64,000 bases of DNA from Pseudomonadota bacterium (GTDB lineage Bacteria > Pseudomonadota > Alphaproteobacteria > Rhodobacterales > Rhodobacteraceae): NCBI GenBank assembly GCA_039024775.1, contig JBCCPS010000006.1:3432-67431 (forward strand), given 5' to 3'. Below, piece after piece: positions 39,375-48,664 of this stretch. The notes under the pieces are model-generated. The model did not search any database. It had not been told where the DNA came from and saw only the letters and a list, made by a program, of their open reading frames with translations. Numbering within the stretch: the first letter of the stretch is position 1; every line of letters begins with the position of its first letter. A program made the position numbers and the translations under genes.

Positions 39375-39766
39375 ACGCCCACCTTGGGCCCGAGGCAGAG
39401 CAGCTCTTCGCCCCGGTCCCGCGCCTCGTAGAGCACATCGGAGGCCGGATTGTTTTCAAACCGCGCAATGAGCCCGCCGGTGCCCAACCGGAAAGTCCAG
39501 CACTGGGGATCGGGGTTGTCCTCATAGACAAAGCAGATCATCTCACCCGCTGCGTACCAGGAGCCCTCCTTGCATTCACCATCCAGGAAGGACCACTGCA
39601 CGCGCCGGTTTTCATGATAGATTTCAGCGCCATAGGCTGTCCCGTCACGGCCGTAGAAAAGCGTTTTACCGGTGGTATAGGCTTCAAATTCCTCTGCTGT
39701 CATCAGATCGCCCGCAAAGGCGGGCAGGGCAGTGAGAAGGCTTATAGCAAGGGTCAACATACGCAT
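39371..39766 (-). CDS. small secreted hypothetical protein
   Basis: signal peptide; CKEGSW, ICFVYE, PDPQCW, CLGPKVGV. Confidence 0.85.
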   Translation of the reverse strand: MRMLTLAISLLTALPAFAGDLMTAEEFEAYTTGKTLFYGRDGTAYGAEIYHENRRVQWSFLDGECKEGSWYAAGEMICFVYEDNPDPQCWTFRLGTGGLIARFENNPASDVLYEARDRGEELLCLGPKVGV

Positions 39767-39805
39767 GGCCGCAGACTGCCAGATCGCGCAGGGCAGCGCC
39801 AGTGG

Positions 39806-40819
39806 CTAAGCGGGCTCCTGCCAGCGGGCGACACGCCGGTCCATCATGCGCCGCCAGAGGGGGGGAACCAGCGCGATCACCGCCATCACGGGCAGCGAGT
39901 GGGGCAGGATCGGCATCGTCTGAGGCGTGACCGTAAGCGCAGGGTAGGCCTTTGCCGGGCGCATGTGGTGGTCGGAGTGGCGCGGCGCGTTCAGCATCAT
40001 GGCAGAGGAATACCATTTGGGCGCGTTCCAGCTGTGCTCCGGGCCCACGGGTTCGGGCACGCCCCGCGCGGTCATCTTCCGGCGCAGCCCGTAGTGCTGG
40101 ACGTAATCCGACAGCAGCAGCTGCATCTGCGCATAGATCGCGATGCCGATATGCGCCAACAGACCGACCAGCCCACCGATGAGGAAGGACATGGTTAAGA
40201 GCGCGAGGCCCCCCAGAACATAGGCAAGATAGGGATGGCTGACCCAGCTGAGCCGCCCCGCATGTCGCGCGCGGTGGGCCTGATCCGCCCGAAAGCCCGC
40301 CATGAACTCGCCGACGGAAGCGCGCAGCACGAAGGCCCAGAAGCCTTCGCCCCTGCGCGCTGAATTGGGGTCTTTGTCCGTGCCTGCGTAGACGTGATGC
40401 ACCCGCAGGTGGGCGGAGACGTGGTGGCCGTGCAGCATTGAGATATAGAGCGCGGCACCCAGCCTCTTGCCCGCCCGGTCGCGAGCGTGGATCAGCTCGT
40501 GGGCGTTGGAGTTGGAGATCTGCCCGAAAAACAGCCCAAGGCCGGTGAAGAGGAGCACTTTGTCGATTGTGCTTAGATGCGCGCCTGTTCCGATGGCCCA
40601 GACGCCCAGGAACAGCAGCGGGAAGTGGACTGCGGCAAGTGCCACGCTCACGCCGCGCCCGGTTCCAGCGGTTTCAGGCAGCGCCTTGCCGATCTTATCG
40701 GCGAAAAACACCACCACCGTGATCGACAGCACGGCCAAGAGCGGCCAGGAGCCCGCGAAAACACAGGCGAGCGCCAGCAAAAGCGCAGGCGTCAGGCTTG
40801 CGGTGGCGTACCAGAACAT
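39806..40819 (-). CDS. alkane 1-monooxygenase-like membrane di-iron enzyme (AlkB family)
   Basis: His boxes AHELIH, AHLRVHH, DYVQHYGL, RHSDHH; HSWN. Confidence 0.88.
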   Translation of the reverse strand: MFWYATASLTPALLLALACVFAGSWPLLAVLSITVVVFFADKIGKALPETAGTGRGVSVALAAVHFPLLFLGVWAIGTGAHLSTIDKVLLFTGLGLFFGQISNSNAHELIHARDRAGKRLGAALYISMLHGHHVSAHLRVHHVYAGTDKDPNSARRGEGFWAFVLRASVGEFMAGFRADQAHRARHAGRLSWVSHPYLAYVLGGLALLTMSFLIGGLVGLLAHIGIAIYAQMQLLLSDYVQHYGLRRKMTARGVPEPVGPEHSWNAPKWYSSAMMLNAPRHSDHHMRPAKAYPALTVTPQTMPILPHSLPVMAVIALVPPLWRRMMDRRVARWQEPA

Positions 40820-41038
40820 AGGGGTAATCCTCGGACTTGAGTGCAGGCAAAAACTACAGATTGATTGTGGCCTTCAAAGGGCGCGATTGTCGCAGCCGCG
40901 CGTCGTGAGTAGCGAATTTATGCCTATATATCAGATGTTTAACTACTCTTGCGTGAGGAAGGCGGCGGCGTGCAACCAGGGGCTGAAAAACGCTTCAGAT
41001 CTTTGTGCTCGCGTCGCGCGAATGCGCGATGTCACGAC

Positions 41039-41920
41039 TTACTTATTGGCGTAAACGGCACAGACACAGCCCGCGCGCCGGATGCGGTTGCACAGCCTGT
41101 CCGCGTCCTCCCGGGACCGGCGACCGATGCGGGCCATCACATAGCCCTGCTTGCCCCGGATGCGGTGTTTGACCGGCACGAACTCCGGCTTTTCGCGGCG
41201 CACTGCACCGCGGCAGCGCGCCGTTTGGCGGTCAAAGGCCGCCCGCGCCTGGTTTTTCGTGCGTCCAAAGGCCAGCTGCACGCCCCAGGGGCTGAAACGT
41301 CCTTCCGGGCGCGCAAGCGGGGTCAGCCGCCGGTTTTGCGCCATCTCGTAACAGCCGGGCAGGAAGGGTTTGTCGCGGCTCAGCCGCATGTCGTGGTCTT
41401 TCGGTGGATTGTCGCGCCAGTCCTCGGCTGTGAGTCCGGTGATGATGGGTACGTAATTGATCGTCTCCCGCGCCAGCCCGCCGCCTTGCAAGAAGCCCTC
41501 CGCCCGCCGTTCGCCGCCGTTATAGCCAATCGCGGCCAGCCCCTCATTGCCGTAGCGCGCGACCATTTCGGCCAGATACTGCGCCGAATGCTCCAGCGCG
41601 TCGGCGGGGTTGTAGGGGTCTTTGAGCCCGCGCAGCTGCGCGGTGGAGGGGATGAACTGCGCGATCCCACGGGCATTGGCGGGGGAGAGCGCGTTCGGAT
41701 CAAAGCGGCTCTCCTGCCAAATGAGCCGGGCAAAGAACTCGCGGTTGAGCCCGTGGCGGCGGGCAAAGATGTCGATGGCGTTACAGGTGTCGTAGACGTA
41801 ATGCGCCATGCGGATGCAGTGCACATGGCCCCATTTGCCGGTGGAGCACGCCTCGCGCGGCGGTTCGGCCCACGCGGGCGCGCAGGCAAGCAGGCAAAGA
41901 AGAAGGGCCATGAGGCGCAT
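41039..41920 (-). CDS. SLT-family lytic transglycosylase with C-terminal SPOR-like domain
   Basis: signal peptide; IWQESRF, GIAQFIP, GYNGGE, ETINYV. Confidence 0.88.
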   Translation of the reverse strand: MRLMALLLCLLACAPAWAEPPREACSTGKWGHVHCIRMAHYVYDTCNAIDIFARRHGLNREFFARLIWQESRFDPNALSPANARGIAQFIPSTAQLRGLKDPYNPADALEHSAQYLAEMVARYGNEGLAAIGYNGGERRAEGFLQGGGLARETINYVPIITGLTAEDWRDNPPKDHDMRLSRDKPFLPGCYEMAQNRRLTPLARPEGRFSPWGVQLAFGRTKNQARAAFDRQTARCRGAVRREKPEFVPVKHRIRGKQGYVMARIGRRSREDADRLCNRIRRAGCVCAVYANK

Positions 41921-42017
41921 GCCCTTTGGTGGGCTGGCGCGCAGGGCAAGTCAATGCTGGCCTTTTATCCGGGGCGAGGGGCATATAGGTCTGGCACGAC
42001 GCAAGCGGAGACCGCCC

Positions 42018-43427
42018 TTGGCCCTTTTCAAGAAGCTGAAAGAACGGCTGTTTAAATCCTCCTCCAAGATCGACGAGGGGCTCGAAGCGATTGTGAGCGA
42101 TGGCGGCGAGGAAGAGGCTCTCGCGACCGCAGAGGCGGAGTCGGAGGCGTCGGCGAGAGAGGCGGAAGCTGCCGCGCGCGCAGCGCTTGCGGAGGCAGAG
42201 GCCGCGCGCCTCGCGGAAGAAGAACGCGTGGCCGAAGCCGCGCGTGCAGCCGCGGAGGAAGCCGCGCGTCAGGCGGTGCAAGAGGCGGAGCGTGACGCCG
42301 CCGAACAAGCGGCGAAATTCGCGGCCGAGGAAGCCGCGCAAGAGGCCCGGGCGGCGGAAGAAGCCGCGCGCCGCGCCGCTGAACGCGAAGCCGAAGAGGC
42401 AGTCCAAGCGGCAGAAGCCGCGCGGGCGGAGGCCACGCACAAGGTTGAGGACAGTGCCGTGCATTCCGCTGATTTGCCCGCCACACTCAAGTCGGTCGCC
42501 CCTGATCTGGTGGAAGAGACGGCGGAGGAACCGGATCAGAAGCCCGGCCTTCTGGGCCGCTTGATGGGGCGCGGCCCGGCCAAGACGGTGGTGCGCCGGA
42601 CGCTCGACGATGACATGCTCGAACAGCTCGAAGAGCTTTTGATCACCGCCGATATGGGCGTGGACACGGCGCTGCGCGTGACGGCGAACATGGCCGAAGG
42701 GCGTTTTGGCAAGAAACTGTCGGTGGCCGAAATCAAGGCGCTGATGGCCAGCGAAGTTGCGCGCATCATGGAACCCGTGGCCCGGCCCCTGCCGCTTTAT
42801 CCCAAGACGCCCCAAGTCGTGTTGGTGGTGGGCGTGAACGGCTCGGGCAAGACCACCACCATCGGTAAGCTCGCCAGCCAGTTCCGCGCGGCGGGCAAAA
42901 AGGTGGTGATCGCCGCAGGCGACACCTTTCGCGCCGCGGCGGTGGAGCAATTGCAGGTCTGGGGGGAGCGCGCGGGTGTGCCAGTGTTGACGGCCCCGCA
43001 GGGCACCGATCCGGCGAGCCTCGCCTTCGACGCGATGACCCGCGCGCAGGCCGAGGGCGCGGATTTGCTGATGATCGACACCGCGGGCCGGTTGCAGAAC
43101 CGCTCCGATCTGATGGAAGAGCTGGCCAAGATCGTACGCGTTATCCGCAAAAAGGACGACAGCGCGCCCCACAACACGCTTCTAGTGCTCGATGCCACTA
43201 CGGGCCAGAACGCGGTGAGCCAGGTGAAGACTTTTCAGGACATTTCCGACGTCTCCGGCCTGGTGATGACCAAGCTGGACGGGACGGCCAAGGGTGGCGT
43301 GCTCGTGGCGCTGGCGGACAAATTCGGCCTGCCCATTCACGCCATCGGCGTTGGCGAGCAGATAGATGATCTGGCGCCCTTCGATCCGGAGGAATTCGCT
43401 GACGCGTTGGTGGGTGTGGACCGGTGA
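42018..43427 (+). CDS. ftsY: signal recognition particle receptor FtsY
   Basis: GVNGSGKTTT, DTFRAAA, DTAGR, TKLDGTAKGG; TTG start; Ala/Glu-rich N-terminal domain. Confidence 0.96.
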   Translation: MALFKKLKERLFKSSSKIDEGLEAIVSDGGEEEALATAEAESEASAREAEAAARAALAEAEAARLAEEERVAEAARAAAEEAARQAVQEAERDAAEQAAKFAAEEAAQEARAAEEAARRAAEREAEEAVQAAEAARAEATHKVEDSAVHSADLPATLKSVAPDLVEETAEEPDQKPGLLGRLMGRGPAKTVVRRTLDDDMLEQLEELLITADMGVDTALRVTANMAEGRFGKKLSVAEIKALMASEVARIMEPVARPLPLYPKTPQVVLVVGVNGSGKTTTIGKLASQFRAAGKKVVIAAGDTFRAAAVEQLQVWGERAGVPVLTAPQGTDPASLAFDAMTRAQAEGADLLMIDTAGRLQNRSDLMEELAKIVRVIRKKDDSAPHNTLLVLDATTGQNAVSQVKTFQDISDVSGLVMTKLDGTAKGGVLVALADKFGLPIHAIGVGEQIDDLAPFDPEEFADALVGVDR

Positions 43428-43585
43428 GAGCGCGCGCGCTGCGCCGGCTCGTGATCGTGGTCTTGATCCTGGCCGGAATTGGATTGATCCGCAGCGCCCT
43501 TGCCTCCAGCGCCGTACCTCAACTGGCGATAGGAGCCGCACATTCGTGGAAGGGTGAAGGGACAGGGTGGTCCTCGTCATTCTAG
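43424..43585 (+). CDS. possible 53-aa small membrane/secreted protein coupled to ftsY
   Basis: GTGA overlap with ftsY stop; MRARALRRLVIVVLILAGIGLIRSALA... Confidence 0.35.
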   Translation: MRARALRRLVIVVLILAGIGLIRSALASSAVPQLAIGAAHSWKGEGTGWSSSF

Positions 43586-43655
43586 TAGAACTCCCATTTT
43601 GCAAAGGGTTAGCGCGCTGTCTTCGACGTGGGAGCGCGCCGGTCGAGTGCCGCCC

Positions 43656-44558
43656 ATGACCGACTTTATCCTCAGCATCGAAGGCACACCTGGGGGGGAG
43701 ACGGTAGCGCTCTGGCTGGCACTCTCCGCCGCGCTGCTGCATGCGGTTTTCGGCGCGTTGCAAAAGGGGCGGCATGATCCATGGCTCACCCGGGGCGCGG
43801 TGGATATCTGCTATTGCGTGATGGCCGCGCCCTTCGCGCTCTTCGTGGTGCCCTGGCCCGAGCCGCACATGTGGGCGATCTTTGCTGGCGCCTTTGTCAT
43901 CCATACGCTCTACAAGCTCTTGCAGGCCTGGGCCTATACCAAGGGCGATTACACGGTCGTCTACCCGGTGGTGCGCGGCACCGGGCCGCTGTTTACCGTG
44001 ATCGGCGCTTACCTCCTTTTTGACGAACGCTTTTCCGGCATGCAGTGGGCGGGGGTGGCGTTGCTGCTTGCGGGCATCTTTGGACTGGGCGCGTACAACA
44101 TGGCCCGGTTGGAAAGCCACCGCGATACCCTGGGCGCAGCCCTTGGCATCGCTTTTACCACCGGGCTTTTTGTCGCCCTCTACACCACCTATGACGCCTA
44201 CGGCATCCGGGCCACGGCCAATCCCTTCACCTTCCTGGCGTGGTTTTTCATGATCGACGGGCTGATCATGCCCGTGATCGCTGTGCTGCGTTACAGACGC
44301 ATGGCGGATGCGCCTGCCGTCGGCCCGCTGATGACCCGTGGCCTCATCGGCGCGCTGGTGGCGCTGGCGAGCTTTGGGTCGGTGATGATGGCCACGCGGC
44401 TCGACAAGGTGGGGGAGGCGGCCGTGCTGCGCGAAACCTCAACCGTTTTTGCCGCGCTCATCGGCTGGCTTTTTCTCAAGGAAGCGGTGGGCGCCACGCG
44501 TGCAGGGCTCATGGCATTGATTGCCGCGGGCGCTGTGATAGTTGAGTTGGGCGGATAA
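43656..44558 (+). CDS. EamA/DMT family transporter
   Basis: about 10 TM helices; YPVVRGTGP, LRETSTVF, LKE. Confidence 0.88.
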   Translation: MTDFILSIEGTPGGETVALWLALSAALLHAVFGALQKGRHDPWLTRGAVDICYCVMAAPFALFVVPWPEPHMWAIFAGAFVIHTLYKLLQAWAYTKGDYTVVYPVVRGTGPLFTVIGAYLLFDERFSGMQWAGVALLLAGIFGLGAYNMARLESHRDTLGAALGIAFTTGLFVALYTTYDAYGIRATANPFTFLAWFFMIDGLIMPVIAVLRYRRMADAPAVGPLMTRGLIGALVALASFGSVMMATRLDKVGEAAVLRETSTVFAALIGWLFLKEAVGATRAGLMALIAAGAVIVELGG

Positions 44559-44570
44559 CAGGAGCAGCCC

Positions 44571-45176
44571 ATGCCCGAGCGGTCAGAGATCAATCCCTTC
44601 GTCAAAGCGGTGCTCGAATTTGGCCCCGTGCTGCTCTTTTTCGTGGCCTACCTGCGCCTCAAGGATGAGGTCTATACCATCGGCGGGACCGAGTATGACG
44701 GGTTCATCGTGGTCACCGCTGCCTTCATCCCGCTGCTGGTGCTGACCATGGGCGCGCTGTGGTGGCTGACGGGCAAGCTCAGCCGGATGCAGATCACCAC
44801 GGTCGTGCTGGTGGTCGTCTTTGGCGGGCTGTCGGTTTGGCTCAACGATGACCGGTTTATCAAGATGAAGCCCACCATCATCTATCTGCTCTTTGGCGGG
44901 CTCTTGGCCTTTGGCCTGATCCGCGGTCGGTCCTACCTCAAGTTCGTGATGGAAGAGATGATGCCACTGCAGGACACCGGCTGGATGATCCTCACCCGGC
45001 GGCTGATGCTGATGTTCTTTGCCATGGGGCTCGCCAATGAGATCGTTTGGCGGTTTTTCTCCACCGAGGCCTGGGTTTATTTCGAGACCTTCGGTCTGCC
45101 CGCCGCGCTCTTCGGCTTCTTTATGGCGCAGGCGCGGCTCTTTCAGACCTTCGGGCTGGAAAGCGAGGAAAGCTGA
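44571..45176 (+). CDS. yciB: inner membrane-spanning protein YciB (IspZ)
   Basis: EFGPVLLFF, VFGGLSVWLNDDRFIKMKPT, ANEIVWR. Confidence 0.92.
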   Translation: MPERSEINPFVKAVLEFGPVLLFFVAYLRLKDEVYTIGGTEYDGFIVVTAAFIPLLVLTMGALWWLTGKLSRMQITTVVLVVVFGGLSVWLNDDRFIKMKPTIIYLLFGGLLAFGLIRGRSYLKFVMEEMMPLQDTGWMILTRRLMLMFFAMGLANEIVWRFFSTEAWVYFETFGLPAALFGFFMAQARLFQTFGLESEES

Positions 45177-45880
45177 GGCGGCACCACTGTTAAATGAGGC
45201 CGCCAGACCGGATCATCGGGCGCGACGGACCGGGCGACCTTATGGGCCAGATCTTGGGACAGTGACGCCTCCAGCGCCATCTTGAATCGCAAGGACCGGG
45301 CAGAGGCGGTGCGCAGGTCCACCGCATTCCATTCGATGTATTCGCTGCCCGCGCGCAGCCGGGTCGAAGCGGAGGCGCGCTGACCTGTCAGGTAGGCGAC
45401 CTCCCCCACAAAAACGCCCGGGGGCACCCGGAACTGATCGCCGCCTTTCATCACCAGCATGTCGCCGTCGATTATGTAGTACATCTTGGTCAGCGGCGTG
45501 CCCTCATGGGTGAGCGGCAGATCGGTATCGGTGACCCGGCGCTTGCCATAGCGCATCAACGTGCGGAAATCGCCGGGCGGCAGGCCGGGGAAGTGGCCAT
45601 AGATGTCCTGATGCGCCCGCGGGATCGCCAGATGAGATTGGCGCGCCAAAAGGCTGGCCAGGCCATACACGTTCGACAGCGCGATGAGCAGGCTGATATA
45701 GATTGCCTCCCACAGCGGAGTGGCTGCGACGGTGGCGTAGTAGACCAGGTAGAACGCCGTGCCGGTCAGGATCAGAAGCCGCAGCACCACCTGGTTGATG
45801 ATCAAAAGGCCAAGGACATAGCAAGCGCCTGCGGCGTAGACGAGAAACTCCGGGGAAAACACAAACTCAAAAGCAGACAT
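45143..45880 (-). CDS. membrane protein with cyclic-nucleotide-binding (Popeye-like) domain
   Basis: three N-terminal TM helices; LTHEGTP, FVGEVAYL, RASAS, W. Confidence 0.8.
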   Translation of the reverse strand: MSAFEFVFSPEFLVYAAGACYVLGLLIINQVVLRLLILTGTAFYLVYYATVAATPLWEAIYISLLIALSNVYGLASLLARQSHLAIPRAHQDIYGHFPGLPPGDFRTLMRYGKRRVTDTDLPLTHEGTPLTKMYYIIDGDMLVMKGGDQFRVPPGVFVGEVAYLTGQRASASTRLRAGSEYIEWNAVDLRTASARSLRFKMALEASLSQDLAHKVARSVAPDDPVWRPHLTVVPPQLSSLSSPKV

Positions 45881-45981
45881 GACAAAAGCACCTTAAAAGA
45901 TGGCGCGACATTGCGCGTTGGTTGCCCTTGAGTAAAGTAAAACAAGCGCCGGGTCGGGAATACCCTACCTCTGAGAAGGGG

Positions 45982-46662
45982 TCAGCGCAGTCCTAGGCGC
46001 GCGTGCAATTCGGTGTCGCTGTCATAGCCGGGGCGCAGCTCCGCATGCAGCGCGCGGCCACGGGTCACGCCGGGGCGCGCCCACATGTCTTCCAGCCAGC
46101 GCGCCATGTGGGGCTTGTCCTCCAGCGTCTGCTGCTGCCCTTCCCAGAGCGAGGCCCAGCCGAAGATCGAAAAATCCGCAATGGACACGAAGTCGCCCGC
46201 CACATGGGAATGCAGCGCCAACTGCCGGTCGAGCACGCCGTAAAGCCGCGCCGTCTCTGCCCGGTAGCGGTCCTGGGCGTAAGGAATCGGTTCCTTGGCG
46301 AATTTGAGAAAGTGATGCGCCTGTCCAGCCATGGGGCCCAGCCCGCCCATCTGCCACATCAGCCATTGATCGACCGCGATCCGCTCCCGCTCTGTCGCGC
46401 CGCAGAAGGTGCCGGTCTTGCGCGCGAGATATTGCAGGATGGCGCCAGATTCAAAGATGGAGACCGGCGCGCCGTCAGGCCCGTCCGGATCCACGATGGC
46501 GGGCATCCGGTTGTTGGGCGCGATTTTGAGGAAATCGGGATCGAATTGTTCGCCCTTGCCGATGTTCACCGGATGGGTGGTATAGGGCAGCCCCATCTCT
46601 TCCAGCGCGATGGAGATTTTCCAACCGTTGGGCGTCGGCCAATAAAAAAGGTCGATGGTCAT
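45982..46662 (-). CDS. glutathione S-transferase, YfcG/YghU (Nu) class
   Basis: WPTPNGWK, NNRMPAI, FESGAIL, WQMGGLGPMAGQ. Confidence 0.92.
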   Translation of the reverse strand: MTIDLFYWPTPNGWKISIALEEMGLPYTTHPVNIGKGEQFDPDFLKIAPNNRMPAIVDPDGPDGAPVSIFESGAILQYLARKTGTFCGATERERIAVDQWLMWQMGGLGPMAGQAHHFLKFAKEPIPYAQDRYRAETARLYGVLDRQLALHSHVAGDFVSIADFSIFGWASLWEGQQQTLEDKPHMARWLEDMWARPGVTRGRALHAELRPGYDSDTELHARLGLR

Positions 46663-46762
46663 GGGCGTGCTCTCCGCGCTGTGTCTTTGCAGACTGGCGC
46701 AGAACCGCTGCGGTGTCGACGCCTCTGAGTGGGCTGCTGTCTTGCCGCTTTCGCCCGGCGGC

Positions 46763-48514
46763 TTAGAAAGCGGCGAGGCCCAGAAGCAGGAGCAGTGGCA
46801 GCACCGCCATCCCCAGCCCCAGATCCGCGCCGGTGGCGACCAACCCCAACGGGTCATCTTCTTCTGGCTCGTCTTCGGGTACAGGGCGATCGGTGACTGG
46901 CACGGTGGGAATGATGGAGCCATCGTCCCCCGGATCATTCGGGTCGGCAGGGGCCACGTCGCGCGTGTCCTCGCGCGGAGCGTCCCGGCGCGCGGGGTCA
47001 TTGGCCGTCTGCCAGATGGGCTGAAAGTCCTCCGTGGGTGTCACATCGTTGAACACAACCTGCATGATCTCCCCCGGCATCAGATCGGCGGAGATAAAGC
47101 CGTCCTGGATGACTTGGCCCGCCGCAAGCTCGCGCACCTCCGCCGAGGACCTGTTGGAGCCCGGCGCGTCCCCTGCCGCGACCCCCAGCAAGGTAACATC
47201 CGCCGCGCCGAAGGTCTCGATGAGCCCGGAGATGTCAACGTCCGTCATCGTGCTGTCCTCGCGCTGGGTGTTGACCAGATAGAGCGCCAGTTCTTGCTCT
47301 CCGGCGAAGGCATGTACGGCAACATCGCCCACCGCTGCCTCCGTCACCCGCGCCTCGGCGGGTGCGAAATCCAGCAGCACCTTGCCGGGCAGGGTTTCAG
47401 CCATCATCGCGAACATCTCGCCCCCGATGGTGGCATCGGTGTAGGTAAAGCCATTGGACAGCGCGTTCGACGTGTTCTGGATGAGCGGCCAGACATTGGC
47501 CTCCGTCACATCCAGACGCATGAACACCTCCACCATGTTGAGCATCTCATGGGCCTGAAACAGCCCGTAGTCGCTGTTCAGATCGAGGTTGGAGGTGGAT
47601 TTGAGGTTCCATTCGGTGACATAGACATCCAGCTCCGGCATCTCCGCGCGCCAGGTCTCGTTGATGTTGTTGAGGTCGAAGACACGCGTGTTGGGCGCAT
47701 CCGCGCCCCGCGAATAGACATGCGCGATCACTCCGTCGATGGCCGCGCGTTCCGCCTCCGTGTCGAATTCATTCAGGATGATCTCATTATTCACATGGGT
47801 CCAGTTGATGCGCCCGCTGCCAAAAACGGCTTCGCCCCCCAGATCAAGGCCAAAGCGCGCGTTGATGTCGGCCAGCGCGTCGGGCGTGGAGACGCCCTCA
47901 TACTCCGCGCTAAGCTCTGAAAAGCTGAAGTTCTGGCCCTTTTGCACCAGCACGTCGACGTCCTGCATCCCGATCTCGGCTAAGGCGTCGTCCACGATCA
48001 TCGACATCTCCGCTGCCAGCCGCCCGTATTCGGCCGCGTTCATCTGGCCCGAGCCCCAGTATTCATTGCCTACCTCGAAGGCGCGTACCTCTACATCGCC
48101 GTAGCGTCCGCCGGCCACGTCCTGCACGAACTGGCGCAGCGCGCCTTCCTGGATGTCAGGCAGGCGGTTGCCACCCGCATCTACCGCATCGCTCAACTGG
48201 GTCTGGGTCGGGATCACGATGGTCACGGGCGCGCCTTGCTGTTCGGCGTAGCTCATGAATTCGGAAAGGCCGATCATCTGCTTGACCTCGTCAAAGCGGA
48301 CATCAAAGGCGGTGGGCGCATCCGGAAAGCGGATGTCAAAGAGGTATTCGGTCAGCGATCCGCCGGGAAAGCGCAGCGTGGTGATGCCCAGATCATCCAC
48401 CGCCGCATCATAGGAATTGCCCAGCAATTCACCGCGATCGGCAAGAATGTTCCCGCCAAAAAGGCCCGCGGTGGCCTGTGAGCCGAAGACAACTTCTGGT
48501 TGGGTAAGGGACAT
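46763..48514 (-). CDS. putative clan GH-A glycoside hydrolase-like protein with C-terminal hydrophobic tail
   Basis: LRFPGG, FEVGNEYW, VTEWN; Pro/Asp-rich linker; GLGMAVLPLLLLLGLAAF C-terminus. Confidence 0.75.
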   Translation of the reverse strand: MSLTQPEVVFGSQATAGLFGGNILADRGELLGNSYDAAVDDLGITTLRFPGGSLTEYLFDIRFPDAPTAFDVRFDEVKQMIGLSEFMSYAEQQGAPVTIVIPTQTQLSDAVDAGGNRLPDIQEGALRQFVQDVAGGRYGDVEVRAFEVGNEYWGSGQMNAAEYGRLAAEMSMIVDDALAEIGMQDVDVLVQKGQNFSFSELSAEYEGVSTPDALADINARFGLDLGGEAVFGSGRINWTHVNNEIILNEFDTEAERAAIDGVIAHVYSRGADAPNTRVFDLNNINETWRAEMPELDVYVTEWNLKSTSNLDLNSDYGLFQAHEMLNMVEVFMRLDVTEANVWPLIQNTSNALSNGFTYTDATIGGEMFAMMAETLPGKVLLDFAPAEARVTEAAVGDVAVHAFAGEQELALYLVNTQREDSTMTDVDISGLIETFGAADVTLLGVAAGDAPGSNRSSAEVRELAAGQVIQDGFISADLMPGEIMQVVFNDVTPTEDFQPIWQTANDPARRDAPREDTRDVAPADPNDPGDDGSIIPTVPVTDRPVPEDEPEEDDPLGLVATGADLGLGMAVLPLLLLLGLAAF

Positions 48515-48605
48515 GGTGCGCGCTCCATAAAGGAGCCTGAACAACCGCGGCGCAGCTGCCTCGAACCCCCATTCGATCAAGGAGGCAAGAGCTATGTCCC
48601 TTCGC

Positions 48606-48664
48606 TTAAGTTAGGTTTAAGTCACGTTTTACAATGCTTTAACAGGTGTTCATAAGGTGGTTAA
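48606..48664. promoter_or_regulatory. CtrA-like binding sites
   Basis: TTAA-GTTAGGT-TTAA (48606-48620) plus further TTAAC half-sites in an AT-rich tract. Confidence 0.55.

Noticed and set aside
40902-41038. 7-bp IR (GTCGTGA/TCACGAC) around an IHF-like TATCAGATGTTTA site
   Set aside because: The IR is too short to support a MITE call and is compatible with ordinary promoter DNA.
42110-42440. Repetitive GCG/GAA-rich tract
   Set aside because: It encodes the Ala/Glu-rich N-terminal domain of FtsY, a commonly variable region.
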